64,000 nucleotides of DNA from Octopus vulgaris (GCA_951406725.2 OX597826.1:54064001-54128000); one strand, 5' to 3'; numbered from the stretch's first letter, positions 26,889-41,399 are shown. Notes: generated by a model not told the origin, from the sequence alone. A program made the numbers and translations.

Positions 26889-27118
26889 TTTAACCCTTTA
26901 GCATTTAAACAGGCCATATCCAGCCCAAATATTCTACTTGTTAATGTTCAAACCATCTAGATCTGGCTTCTCACACCTACCATACAATGTCAATCAAAAC
27001 ATAAACGATCACGATATCAAAATCTCACAGTTATGAGATAATGTATAATTAATTCAAAACAATATGAATAAATAAATATTACATTTAACAGAATAATCTG
27101 AACGCTAAAGAATTTTAA
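26889..27118. mobile_element. piggyBac-like TTAA MITE
   Basis: ttaaccctttagcattt...aacgctaaag; homologous to the copy at 21231. Confidence 0.7.
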
Positions 27119-27381
27119 ATATGGACAAGTAGAATCACATGGAATTTCTCAAGATGTATCAAATTTTCTGGCATATAAACTGAATTTTTCAGACCAAAAT
27201 TTACAGCCAAAAAAGGTAGATCGACTTAGACACCAAGACAACTTTGGAAGACCATTTGAAATGCAGCAGAATTCAGAAAGATAATGAAGATGTTCTATAT
27301 TTAAGAGATGAGGAATTATGTACATTATTTACACTATTTACAATTGATGGATATTTGTCCTCATCTTGTTTGTTCCCCAAG

Positions 27382-27425
27382 ACACCTGATGAAGGCTGGA
27401 GGGTATATCAGTCAAAATGTTGTGT
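27382..27425 (+). ncRNA. Hammerhead-like motif inside an inverted Penelope-like repeat
   Basis: ACAC-CTGATGA-A-GGCTG-GAGGGTATAT-CAGTC-AAAAT-GTT-GTGT (G12 mutated to A), flanked by roughly 45-bp inverted arms. Confidence 0.62.
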
Positions 27426-29561
27426 TATCAACAAACAAGATGAGGGCAAATATCCATCAAATGTAAATAATGTAAATGATAATGAAAATGTTTGAATGTT
27501 TACAGTACATGCTTACATTATATACTCAGTCAACTTGTACGACGGAAAATATGGTATAAGAGTAGACTTACATGTAACAAGTTATCAAGGTATTTATCAG
27601 TTTTGACTACTGTCTTCCAGATCTCAGACACAACTTCTTGGATAGTGATGAATTACAAGACCACTGTTTGTAGAGTTGATAACACAGGTGTTTGTATTAC
27701 TACCAATATATTACTTACACCTATTTTAGTTGTCCCAGGTGAATAAAATTATGATAAATTAATGTAATTTAAAGTCAGAAAGTTGAAGTAGCAGACTAAT
27801 CACAGTAACACTTCAATACAGAGTTCTGTTAACTTGACTGCATGTTTGCTAAATAATATTTACAACAGCAGAACTTAGGCACTTACGTCCAAATTGCAGG
27901 CTGCCAATAGACATACCATGAGAGGGAAATGTCCCAAAAGTATAGACATTAAGCATATGGTTATCTTCCTCTCATCATTATAAACATCATTAATAGGTCA
28001 GCTTTTCCTCACTAGAAACTTAGTTTTACTTTCATTTACGCCCACAACAGAAAACTGATGGAAAAATAATTGATAAATATATATTCAGAAATTAATAATG
28101 TAAAGGCTTCTGAAAGTTAAAACCTAACACTTTCCAGCCTACTTTAATTATAGACAGCATGTCTATCATATATACACATTAAATTAACCTATTTTGTTTG
28201 ATTTAACTATTAATCCATCTTAAACTTGCTTAAGTGCTTTCTGAAGAAATATAGCAGCATCACTTCACCCTCATTCATAAATAGTTATAGGCAAATGTGT
28301 GTATGTACATCCACCCATGTGCATACAAACAAACTATAGAATGGTTGAGGAGTAGGGGGAGTATAGGAAGGAAGTAAGAAAAAGAGCAAGTGGATGGTTT
28401 ATATTTCCTTGAATGATAAACTTCAAGTAGGACATAATTTATCTGAGTCTTTAGGAAAACAGAAAAAAAAAAAAAACATAATTAGAATTATCATTTAAAT
28501 AGAAACTCAATTTCGTCAAGATTTTGGTATTGTGAAGAAGTACTAATTAATAACTAAGAGACAATACAAAAATGACATGTCAAGTGGTGAATTGTTAACA
28601 AGTGGCTAGAGGGGAAAGAGAAAGCAATCTTATGATATTGGATAGCCAAAAAGGTACCATTTTTTGGTTTCTTTCTTTCTTATTTCCTAGGTGCCATCTC
28701 ATGGTTTCTCACACTTCTAAATATAGTAGCCAAATTCCCTCAAAGGAAAGAACACATAAGACAATGTAGTCCCATATTCCTTTAAAATGATGAAATTATC
28801 AAGATCAGAATGCCTTTCACCATAGGTCAATTCATTTCGGATTGATCTTGGACTAAATGACACCACACTATGAGAATATAATAACGGTTTCATATTTTGG
28901 CACAAGGCCAGCAATTTCAGGGGAGGGTTTTGGTTGAGTACATTAACCCCAGTGCTCAACTGGTATTTGACCCTGAAGGGACAAAAGACAAAGTCAACCT
29001 CAACAGAATTTGAACTCAGAGCATAAAGACAGATGGAATATCATTAAGTATTTTGCCTGCCATTTTAACAATTCTGTCACCTTGCCACCTTATGAGAAAA
29101 TAATCATATTTGATAGGATAAAATCTCAGCCCTTTGAGTCATTAGTCATTATTTAAGATTTAAGTTCCACACAGTTCCACTCAACTTGAAAATTAAGAGG
29201 TACTAAACAGCGTATATGAAAGCTCACAAATATATTTTCAGATATCTTACAATCACAATTAAAAAAGCAAAGAAGCAAATTAAAGACTTAATGAAATCAA
29301 ATATAAGAGAAATCAATTAGTCAATTTCAGCATATTGATCTATATAAAATTGATATGACCTTATTACCCATGTAAAGTCATTTTCCAAGGAGAATATATC
29401 TTTGTAGTTTTCACATTATTCTTTAAAATTCAGTGGATGCTCATGATTGTATGTTGGAGATATTACAACAATAACTGGTACTCCAGTTTCTGAACCACTA
29501 AGTTACGGGAATGTAAACACACCAACACCAGTTGTCAAGTGGTGGTGGGAGACAAATACAG

Positions 29562-29603
<42 letters not shown>

Positions 29604-30921
29604 GCAAACACATATATGACAGGCTTCCTTCAGTTTCCCTCTACCAAATCCACTGACAGGGCTTTGGTTGACCCAAGGCTATAGTAGAAGACACTCACCC
29701 AAGATGCCACACATTGGGACTGAACCCGGAATCATGTGATTGGGAAGCAAACTTCTGACTATACAGCTATGCCTGTGCCTATATTTCCTACAATTTTTCA
29801 GGAATTTTAACCCTCTCGGGACACCCAGGCCGATTGATTGGCCCAAGTGATGATACAAGCTGAAAGGCCTTTGAAGCTGATCCATCAACCAGATGGAGCA
29901 AATATTGTGAATGGTTGATTTTGAAGTGTAATAGCTAATCAAGGATCATCTTTCAGTAGATGTATCTCAATAGAAAAAAATTTTGGTCTTTTTGGCTACA
30001 CATACCAAAACACTGTGTCTCAAACATGTCAAAGAATACAACTCTTTTGAATAACAGACAGAGCATGGCAAATTACCAAAAGTACTTAGAATTATTATCT
30101 ATTATCCACGATAGGGTACAGTCCCTGTTACAATATAGTGGCTTGTGTGTTTCAATGACCCTGAGGAGCTATGCCAGTGTAGTGCAAGCTCCTAGCAAGG
30201 CCTCCCATACTGGACAGGTCAAAGGGCAGAGGTAAAAATGAATTTGCATAATGCCAACATTTCTACCTAGAAAAATCAAAATCACAGGATTTATTCCTTT
30301 ATTTGTTTCAGTCATTTGACTGCAGCCATGCTGGAGCACCACCTTCAAAGATTTTAGTCCAACAAATCAACCCCATGACTTATTTTTTAAACCTAGCACT
30401 TATTCTGTCAATCTCTTTTGCCAAACTGCTAAGTTACAGGGATGTAAATACACCAGATGCATTTCAGCTTAGTTGGGCTTTTTCAATAGTGCTTACTTGG
30501 ATCTGGCCACAAGCTCGAATGAGAATTTGTTGTCTCTGATATTGGAAAAAGTGAGTATAAAACATCCAGTACATGTATGTAATTGAGGCAATATTTAATT
30601 AAAATAGCCATTTACCTATCATACTTAATGTAGACACCCTGTCAATAGGCCAGTTACTGCAGTGTTCGTTCTGGGGTACTATCTCTTATAGACTAAACCA
30701 GCATAGAAAAATGGACATAAACAAAGAGGAAAAGGGACAGGGGGACGAGGACAACAGCAATGACCATGGTGACAAATGACAACACTGAGGGTGAGAGCAA
30801 GTGCAAGAAGTGGAGAGGAGGAAAAGTGATGATCAATAATGATGATGATCTGAACAAAGAAATTGGTATTGTTATTACAACATAAATTCTGAGAGACCCC
30901 TTGCTTCGGTCATAACACAGA

Positions 30922-31232
30922 CCATGGGATTGCACCTAGAAAGTTACCCTCCCAGACACAAGTCCGGGCAAGGTTGTTTATGGAAGACCAGCAGTCGCCC
31001 ATACATACCGGCCTCCCCTCTCCACGCCACCAGTGTTATCCAAGGGAAAGGCAAAGGCCGATACAGCTTGGCACCTGTGACGTCGCAACTCATTTCTACA
31101 GCTGAGTCAACTGGAGCAATGTGAAATAAAGTGTCTTGCTCAAGAACACAACACACAGCCCAGTCCGGGATTTGAGCTCACAACCTCACGATCGTAAGCT
31201 CAACGCTCTAACCACTGAGCCATGCTCCTTCA
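30922..31232 (-). mobile_element. SINE family C, well-preserved copy
   Basis: Reverse complement has A-box tggctcagtggttagagc and B-box gagctcaaatccc, then the Meta-like domain. Confidence 0.88.
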
Positions 31233-31994
31233 CGACATAAATAATTTAACATAAATAAGAAACTTTTACTAGCTCTGTTTCTAAATTTCTATTCTCAGTT
31301 CATAAAGTTGCAAAGATCTGAATAAATTGCAAAACTATATAATAAATAGCCTCGTTAAATTTGTAATATCCTACTAAAACAGAAGAATCGAAGGAAACTA
31401 AAAGTGGTCTGCATCATCAAATGGTAATGTAAAAGAGTTCAAACATTAGAATTAATTCTATGTTTTGGCAAAGAAACTCAAAGCATAATATTTATTCCAC
31501 AGTTTGAACTTCATGTAATATCCTATTTATAACATATTTAATGATACCCACCCAGTAGAAATTATTAATGTCAATAAATCATTGAGACTGTCTCCAAATC
31601 TATCAATAAATACAAGTGCGATATTAATGAGGATATTTCAATTAAAAGATCCGACTACAACAAACTTTTAGATTATTTCTTTAATTGTGCATGATAATTA
31701 TGATTACTGGCAACAGTAAAAAATAATGATGATGAAAATGGCAGTCGTGGTGGGGACATTAAAAGAAAACAAAAAAGAACAAAATGATGAAGATGATGAT
31801 GATGATGATGATGATGATAACACTAATGGTGGTGGTGGTAATGCTTGCAGTGATGTGGTGGTGATGGCAGCAATGTATGTAAGGACATTAAAAGAAAACA
31901 AAGAACAGTGATGATGATGATGATATGATGGCAGTGGTGTTGGTGGTGGTGGTGGTGATGGTGGAGGGAAGCGAAATAAAACATAAAAGAACAA

Positions 31995-32025
<31 letters not shown>

Positions 32026-32342
32026 ACGTCAACCGAATGACAAGGCAACAATAATAACAACAATGCTGCTGATAGTGTTGCGCAATCAATTCCGTAACTA
32101 GGAAACGTTTTGACTAAAAATTTAATCAAGGTGAAGTTAAAATATAAAAAGAAAAAGAACAAGAAGAAGAAACAGGGATGCCAAACAAAAGAAGATTAAT
32201 ACCAGCTCCTTCAGTCCATCAGTATGAGATCAGAAAAGTTTGCTGATTTTAAAACTAATCTCTTTAGATTACTATGTACCAGGTGACAGTTGGTGAGTTG
32301 CTTTAGCTAGTAGAGAAAAGTGATTGGAACTATAATAATAAC

Positions 32343-32393
<51 letters not shown>

Positions 32394-32623
32394 CATCATC
32401 ATCATCATCATCATCGTTTAACGTCTGTTCTTCATGCTAGCATGGGTTGGACGGTTCGACCGGGGATCTGGGAAGCCAGAAGGCTGCACCAGGTTCCAAT
32501 CTGATCTGGCAGTGTTTCTACAGCTGGATGCCCTTCCTAACGTCAACCACTCCGTGAGTGTAGTGGGTGCATAATACTAATACTACTACTACTAATAATA
32601 ATAATAATGATGATGATGATGAT

Positions 32624-32667
<44 letters not shown>

Positions 32668-32678
32668 TAATAATAATG

Positions 32679-32990
32679 AAGTTATGGGGCATGGGGAAAG
32701 TAATGGTGATACCAGTGGTAATTGGTGCATTGGGAGCAGTTTCCAAGGGTTTTGAAAAACATATTAAGAATATTGGAACTGCTGTTTGGCTCGAGGTGAT
32801 TCCTCATCATGTTGTTTTGCAAACAACTTGCACATGTGAGTGCTACCAGTCGAAAGCTCCGCATACTGGACAGCATTGTTGGGTACAGCTCGGGTTCTAA
32901 GGAGAGCATTGTCTCTTTGAGTCACAGGAGTCAAGTCACTACTTGAAACCTTTGGTGATTTGCTATTGCTTGCTTTCATGTAAAGAATAA
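32679..32990 (+). mobile_element. R4/Dong-like RLE LINE 3' fragment next to (AAT)n
   Basis: KLWGMGKVMVIPVVIGALGAVSKGFEKHIKNIG...[insert]...ALLGTARVLRRALSL*. Confidence 0.75.
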
Positions 32991-34495
32991 CCGGTAATTA
33001 AGAACTATCCAAGAGTCTTCAACAACAACAGCAACAGTAGAGGCACAATGGCCCAGTGGTTAGAGCAGCAGACTCACAGGCATAAGAACGCGCTTTCAAT
33101 TCCCAGACCGGGCAATCTGAGTGTTTATTGAGCAAAAACACCTATGCTCCACGAGGCTCCTGCGGGATTGGCAGGATGAACCCTGCTGTACTCTTTCACC
33201 ACAACTTTCTCTCACTCTTTCTTCCTACTTCTTCCACAAAGCAGAGAAACCATGGGGTAACCCATTATGGTGCAGTAAACTTTCAGACCCTAGTCTAGAT
33301 TGCGAATCCTCTGTACCGCAGGATGGTTCAGCTCTCCACTCATTAAAAGCTACAGTTTACGGAATGAGGATAACAACGTAGCTTTTGCGCCCGTGCAACC
33401 GCCAGTCTATCGCTTGTGGCGGGTGGATCTTCAAGTTGCCACGCGCATTCTTAGTAGCTTAGAGTAGGCTCGAATTAGAGATTATTCTTTGTGGCTAATG
33501 GCGTGAGTCCTGAATGGAAGAAGAAGAAGAAGACCACAGCAACAACAACAACAATCCTTTCTACTATAGGCATAGTGCTTGAAATTTTGGGGGAAGGGAT
33601 TAGTCAATTGTATCAACTGGTGCTTATTTCATCAACCATGAAAGATAATAATAATAATAATCTTTTCTACTATAAGCACAGGGCCTGGAATTTTGGGACG
33701 ATGGATGTTAAATTCAAGTCATATGTAGAGGATTTGTTGGACACAATGTGAGGTGACTCTTTTTATCATTGGGCCTAACTCATCATAAAGTAAATACCAC
33801 CATGACCGATAATCAAAACTACAGTGGAAAAGGCTAGCCACTAGATTTGGGTAAAAAAAGACAATGAGCGATGTCTAGAAGAATATTGAGCTTTATTTAA
33901 TAACCAGTCGATCTAGCAAGCGGAGCCTCATATCAGTGAGGAGCAGGGAGCTGGTGCACAATGATGCCATTGAGAGGTAGGCCTTGAAATGGCACACATT
34001 CTCTCCTGATGACACCATACACTTGCTGGCTTCTGGCATGCAGAGCTTTTGACCAGTAGCACTAGCACGTGCAAGTTGTTTGTAGAACAACATGATGATG
34101 ATGACAATGATGATGATGACGATGATGATGATGATGATGATGATGGTGATGGTGATGATGATGATGATGATGATGATGGTGGTGATGATGATGATGCTGA
34201 TGAGGTTAGTCAATTGTATCAACACAGGTCCTTGACTGATACTTATTTCATTAACCCTAAAAGGATGAAAGGCAATAATAATAAATCCTTTCTATAATAA
34301 GCACAGGGCCTGAGATTTTGGGAGAGTGGGTTAGTCAATTATATCAACCCCAGTATTTAACAGGTACTTATTTCATCAACCCCAGAAGTATGAAAGGCAA
34401 AGTCAATCCTGGCGAAATTTGTATTCAGAAATAAAAAGAAAGACTAAATTCTGCTAAGCATTTTGTCCAATGATTCTAATACAAGCTAGCAAATA

Positions 34496-34713
34496 CAAAG
34501 GGGTGCTGAAAAGTTTCTGGTTTTAAGGGGAATCGCAAAAGACCTGGTTGGAGGACCAACCTTCTAAGTTCTTTTACAGGGATTAGAAAAACTGAAGGAC
34601 TGCTGCAATAAGTGTGTGAATCTGAGTGGGGAATATGTTGAACAAAATCATGATTAACTGATCCTCCTGTATTTTCTTTTACCTAAAGCCAGGAACTTTT
34701 CAGCACACCTTTA
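34496..34713 (+). mobile_element. Mariner-derived MITE (internal deletion)
   Basis: TIRs caaaggggtgctgaaaagtttctggtttta / taaagccaggaacttttcagcacacctt, TA flanks; keeps transposase C-terminus KLKDCCNKCVNLSGEYVEQ. Confidence 0.88.
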
Positions 34714-35072
34714 TAGTTGCTATTGGTTGGCCAGAGTTCTGACTGATCAAGTGACTGACTGACTGACTGACAAACCAATGGGAAGAACTATGATAAATCA
34801 GTGAAATAGTTGATATTATCTTGTTTTGTGTCTTAACCTTTTTCATAGCAAAATGCTTGAAATCACTTTTGGTTCTAAGATACAAATTTCCTGTTTTAAA
34901 GTGTTCAAAATTAAAACCTTACAGTACAATTTCATGTTAATTTGTGTTCCAAACACCCGGTTAATAAGGGACAAAGTAATTTTTATTAAGTTTATGTATT
35001 TGTTTTGCATGATTTCTGATGTGTTGACAGAGATATTGTTATATTTGGGGACAGTCATGATTTTTTTTGGGG

Positions 35073-35660
35073 TTTTTTGCCAAATAAACTCACCCCCTAT
35101 ATATTCTTCACTTCAGATTTATTTTATTATTGTTTATTCTATGTCCTATGTCTGGAAATCTTTCATCACATATCCTGTGACCTCTTCAGTCACTGTCTTC
35201 CATACATACAGGTTTGTCCTTTCAGATGCCAGTGCTGCATCAATGCACCCATTGCCAGTGCTGAGTAAATGCACCAGTGCCAGTGGCACATAAAAAACAC
35301 CCAGCACACTCTGCTTAGTTGTTGGCATTAGAAGGGGCATCCAACCATAGAAACTATGCCACAACAGAGAGTTGGGAGTCTGGACAGATCCCTGCTAGCC
35401 AGCTCCATGTTAAATCGTCCAATCCATGCCAGTATGGAAAGCAGGCATTAAACAATGATGATAATGAGGAATTTTGTCTTTCATAGAAAGACAAAATGGA
35501 CTAAACAAGACAGGAGACACATGGGATGGAGAGTTGCTGAAGAGGTCACAGGTGGTGTGACGAAAGATTTCTAGACATAGGACATAAAATAAAAATAATA
35601 ATAAAATAAATCTGAAGTGAAGAATGAATATACATAGTGCATGTGATTATTTGGCAAAAA
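35073..35660. repeat. About 130-bp inverted repeat (foldback) enclosing an RTE tail
   Basis: 35073-35203 is the reverse complement of about 35522-35660 (cttcacttcagatttattttatt...gtgacctcttcag). Confidence 0.85.
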
Positions 35661-36280
35661 AAAAAAAAAAAACGACCATCCGCAAATATAACAATATTTT
35701 TATTAAATTTTTAATCATTTAAAAAATTAATTCAAAGAAAAGAAATGTATCGAATACTAATCCTTTGATAAAGTAGGTGGAACCTCACATCAGTGGGGGA
35801 GGAGGGAGTGTGTGGTAAAGCCATTTGGAGAAAGGCCCTGAAATGGTGTACACTATCTCTTGATGACCCATGGAACCTACTTGTGTCCAGTATAATGGAG
35901 CTTTCAATTAGCAGCACTTGCATAAGCAAGCTTCTTGCAAATCTAAGCAAAAATATGATAAGAGTTTATCAAAACAAACATCAGTTATTTATTAAAATGT
36001 ATTCAATTGACTATCTCTCTCTTCCTCTACAAAAATTACATGGTGCCCACTTTAAATTTTAAAAAAATTTCTTGTGCCCCATGACATCCAGATGAGCTTT
36101 GAACAGTCATCAAAATCCTGGTTAGTAACAAGTCGAGAGCCTTGTATGCCTCCCCCACAGCACAATTATAACAAATCCAAACGACGTGCAATGAAAATTT
36201 CTCAAAACAGGAAAATAATACTAAATCTGCTTGCAAATTCCTTCTCTCCCTCCTCCTCACTCTTTCTATATATTTATATA

Positions 36281-36328
<48 letters not shown>

Positions 36329-36880
36329 TACTTGGAGAAGAGAAATAACGCATGCGTTCGGTCATATAATAATATAATAAATAAATAAAATATATGCATA
36401 TATTACATACATATATGTACATACTTACATCTACATGTATATATACATGCATATATATATATATGAGTACAGGACACCCAAAAAAAATGTAGAACACAAC
36501 GAGAGCCGAAAACATAAAATCAAACAAGGAAACAGACTTTTTTTTAAACAGCGAAAAAACAGAGTACAGGACAAACAATACAAGGAAAATTCCCCTTCAT
36601 CAGCTGCCCCTGGTTTGACTCAATGCATCTACATACCTATACACACACATGCACAATGCACACACACACACACACACACATTGTTGACGTCATAAGAATT
36701 TTATAAACTTTCAAGAGAGCATAAACTAGTTCTTTTTTGGAATATCTCAAAGCACACACATAAAGATGTGTGTGGTGTGGAGAGAGAGAGAGAGAAAGAA
36801 AGAAAGCTTGGTGCAGTCTTCTGATTTGCCAGCTCTTGTCAAACCATCTAACCCATGCCAGCATAGAAAATGGACATTAA

Positions 36881-36930
<50 letters not shown>

Positions 36931-37175
36931 ATAAATATTCTTTTATTCTTTTACTTGTTTTAGTCATTTGACAGTGACCACGCTGGTGAACTGCTTTTAG
37001 TCAAACAAATCAACCCCAGGAATAATTCTTTGCAAGCCTAGTACTTATTCTATCGGTCTCTTTTGCCGGACCGATAAGTTATGGGGATGTAAACACACCA
37101 ACATCAGTTGTCAAGTGATGGTGGGGGGCACAAACACAGACACATACACAAATATATATATATATTTGTGTATGT

Positions 37176-38115
37176 GTGTGTTGTGTGTACATCTATGTAC
37201 GTCGAGGCTACAATAGAAGACACTTCTTCAAGGTGTCAGGTAGTGGAACTGAACCTGGAACCATATGGTTGGGAAGTAAGCTTCTTATCACACAGCCATG
37301 GCTGCATGTGTTCATGTTGAGAATGATATTAACTGTTTCAGAGACTTCAAGATGGCCCTACCAAATGAAAGAAATGTGATATATATATATATATATATAA
37401 ATATATACGATGGGCTTCTTTCAGTTTCCATCTACCAAATCCACTCACAAAGCTTTGGTTGGCTCAAGGTGCAATGCAGTGGGACTGAACTCGGAACCAT
37501 GAGGTTACAAAGCAAGCTTCTTACTTACCACACAGCCACTCCTGCATTTGTAGACTCTGTTCCATCTTAGCACTCCACACCTTAACCCTATTATCACACA
37601 AACCACACATCCTGTTCTTGTCCGAAGCACAAAAACCTCATCCTATTTCTACCACCAAGGTTACACTCTAAATAGAAATTTCACTCTGAAACTGGTGTCC
37701 ACACACTGAGAACCCATTTTCCCCACTTACTCACTTCTTTCAACAGAATATCAGCACCTCTACTGCTTCCCAAATTCTAGCTACCCACACAACTGTTTGC
37801 TAATTTCTTGTCCTGCATCAAGAGGACATCAATCTCATTTCACTCCTCTCTGAAGTAAGACATTATAATCCATCAGCAACTTTAAGATTCCAAATCCTTG
37901 GAATCTCACATTTTTTCATACTAACTTTGGTAGGGCCATCCTGAAGATTCTGAAACAGTTAATATCATTCTTAACATGATCACGTGCAGCCATGGCTTTG
38001 TGGTAAGAAGCTTGCTTCCCAACCACATGGTTCCGGGTTCAGTCCCACTGCGTGACATCTTGAACAAGTGTTTTCTATTGTAGCCTCGACTACACAGATG
38101 TACACACAACACACA
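37176..38115. repeat. Inverted duplication of a SINE fragment plus about 60 bp of non-SINE flank
   Basis: 37176-37365 versus 37926-38115; shared aatgatattaactgtttcaga...gatggccctaccaaa. Confidence 0.85.
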
Positions 38116-38604
38116 CAAACACACACACATACACGAATACACAGACACACACACAGACACACAAACAAACAAAATACAATACATACACATATACACACAT
38201 ATGCACTCATATATATATGTAAAGTGCAGGCGTATGTGTGTGGCTAGAAGTTTGCTTCCGAAACACATGATTCTGTTCCATTTCTACAGAGCGTGGCACC
38301 TTCGTTAAATGACTCTGAGTGGATTTGGTAGATGGAAACTGAAAGAAGCCCGTTCTACAGATATGTGTGTGTCTGTGTCTATATGTGTGTGTCTTTGTTA
38401 ACCTACTGCCCGACAACCGGTGTTGGTGTCTTTACGTCTCCGCCACATAGCACATCGGCAAAAACAATTCGATAGAATAAGTACCAATTTTACAAAAACA
38501 AGAAAAGGACTGGGGAGGGGGGGGCGATTTGTTCGACGACTAAACACCTTCAAGACGGGGCCCCAGCGTAGCCACAGTCTAATGACTGAACCAAGTAAAA
38601 ATAT

Positions 38605-38638
<34 letters not shown>

Positions 38639-39382
38639 TCACACACACACACGCTCAAACACACGCACGCATAATTTTATCGGTACCGACTTTAGGAAGT
38701 TTCGCCAGTCGTCAGTTTGGACGATAACCTGCTTAAAGTTTAAAATCACTGTCAATAAAAGGATTATTAAAATTAAATTGTAGTATCCTTTCTTCAGCCA
38801 ATCTTTACTAATTTTATCCTTTTATACACATACACACATTTATATATGTGTGTATGTAAACAATTGAAAGTAAAAACTTCGATATAAACAAGAGAGAGAG
38901 TACCTAACCCAGGTCCCTTAATTTCTTGATATTGTCGACAAGGTACTTTTAGATCTGGCGGAGTCCAACCTTCTCCTGGTCTACTAGAGCTGATTTCGGA
39001 AAGAGATATTTCTTCCAGAAGAGAGAAAAAGACAGATAGAAAAGAAAAAAAAATGAGAGAAAAAGAGGAATCGTCCGCGATACAAAAGTGGTACTTTATT
39101 CATCAATCCCGAAAGAATGAAAGAAATAGTTGACCTTAGCGAGATTTGAACTCAGAAAATAGTGGGTCGAGACGATAACCGCAAATCAACTTATTCGACG
39201 AAGTAACGATTCTGTCAGTCGGCCGCCTTAAACAGGAGAATATACAATATCAAAAATTAAGTGTCAAAAATGTTAATTTAAGTGTATGTAACTTATCAGT
39301 TCGACAAAACAGACCGATAGAATAAGTAACAGGTCTAAGAAAATATGTACTGGGGTAGAACCTTCCAGCAAAACTGGGTCGT

Positions 39383-39437
39383 AAACACACCAACATCAGT
39401 TGTCAAGCGATGATAGGAGGACAAATACACACACACG

Positions 39438-39488
<51 letters not shown>

Positions 39489-39647
39489 GACGGGCTTCTT
39501 TCAGTTTTCGTCTACCAAATCCACTCACAAGGCATTGGTCGGCCCGGGGCTATAGTACAAGACATTTGCCCAAGGTGCCATGCAGTGGGACTGAACCCGG
39601 AACTATGTGGTTGGTAAACAAGCTACTTACACAGCCACCCCTGCACC

Positions 39648-39718
<71 letters not shown>

Positions 39719-40092
39719 TAAGTAGCTTGTTTACCAACCACATAGTTCCGGATTCAGTCCCACTGCATGGCATCTTGGGCAAGTGTCTTGTACTATAACC
39801 TCGGGCCGACCAAAGCCTTGTGAGTGGATTTGGTAGACGAAAACTGAAAGAGGCCCGTCGTATATATGTAAATATATATATATATGCGTGTCTGTGTTTG
39901 TCCTAGCATTGCTTGACAACCGATGCTGATGTGTTTATGTCCCCGTTACTTAGCGGTTCGGCAAAAGAGACCGATAGAATAAGTACTGGGCTTACAAAAA
40001 GAATAAGTCCCAGGGTCGAGTTGCTCGATTAAAGGCGGTGCTCCAGCATGGCCGCAGTCAAATGACTGAAACAAGTAAAAGAGTAAAAAGAG
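39383..40092. repeat. Head-to-head pair of near-identical SINE-A copies
   Basis: Minus copy 39383-39646 and plus copy 39713-40092, separated only by (TA)n(TG)n. Confidence 0.9.
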
Positions 40093-40135
<43 letters not shown>

Positions 40136-41031
40136 AAAGATGACGGGCAGCCATACAATTTCCGTTTAACTAAATTCTTCACAGGGTATTTGTCAACCCC
40201 CAAAGCTACGTATGGAACAAGGCGCTTGCTCAAAGGGCCGTGCGATGGGATCGAACCCGGAACTATGTAGTTGAGAAGCTAACTTCTAAACCACACAGCT
40301 ATATATTTTGCTCAAACCCTCCTTCCCAGAATTGCCACAAGAGAAACAGATATTAACCTCAACAGCTATCGATTCTTACATGTTCAAACTGTAGATCAAT
40401 GACATCGATGTCGACAGCATTGATTCAGCAATGAACGCGCTTCGACTTTGCGGGGGGGGGATCATTGGATGCAGCTAAAATTTCCATTAAGAGACAACCT
40501 AAACTTTGGAAAGTGAAAATACACATTACAAGCAAGCCCCTAAAAAAAATTTGAAAAGAAACAGGATCATGGCGGGAAAACCTTTTATTACAAATCTGTT
40601 CTACCAGAATTGATCTGGTACCGAATGATGTTGGCACTGCACTTTGCGTAGAATAAAATTATTAATAACAGATCCCTTCAAAAAAAAAAAAAAAACACAC
40701 CAACAGAAATCAGTAGATTTTGGGGATTTGTCCTTCGAAGTCCCATACATCCTCCCCCTCATGTTTTTTTTTTGTTTTATTTTTTGCATTCCTATGTTTC
40801 ATAACAACGAAAATTACGATTCTGAAAAAAAAAAAAAAACTACAAAAAAAACCCCCAAAAAATATTCCAAAATTTCAATTTATTATTTTACTCATTCACC
40901 CTACCCACCCCTTATATCTGTGCCTTTTTTCCCTTTCCCATTATGTTAAGGGACTTCGAAGGACGGTTACTCCAAAACTCCGTCAAAAATAACAAGTGTT
41001 AGCAAAATAATTCTTATCTGGACAGAGAGAA

Positions 41032-41080
<49 letters not shown>

Positions 41081-41325
41081 AAGAGAAACGTGGGGGGGGG
41101 GAGGCATTGTGAAGTTCCATTGGATCGAAACAAGAGATTGAAACAGAATCAAGAAAAGGATTGTATTTTTGTTGGGAAGAATTCCCAAAGAATTTCTGTA
41201 AGAGAGGCTGTATAATTAATTAAATGGTTAAGTCTATCGCCCATGGAACCTCGTATATGGTTGTTTGACCCGCTGGAAGTGATAGTCGACGAGCTTTCTC
41301 TCGATACACCTTAGTGTATTTAATG

Positions 41326-41399
<74 letters not shown>

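Noticed and set aside
36590-36610. CTGATGAAGGGG on the minus strand (and CTGAAGA at 3786) as hammerheads
   Set aside because: No convincing stem II partner plus GAAA; at most remnants
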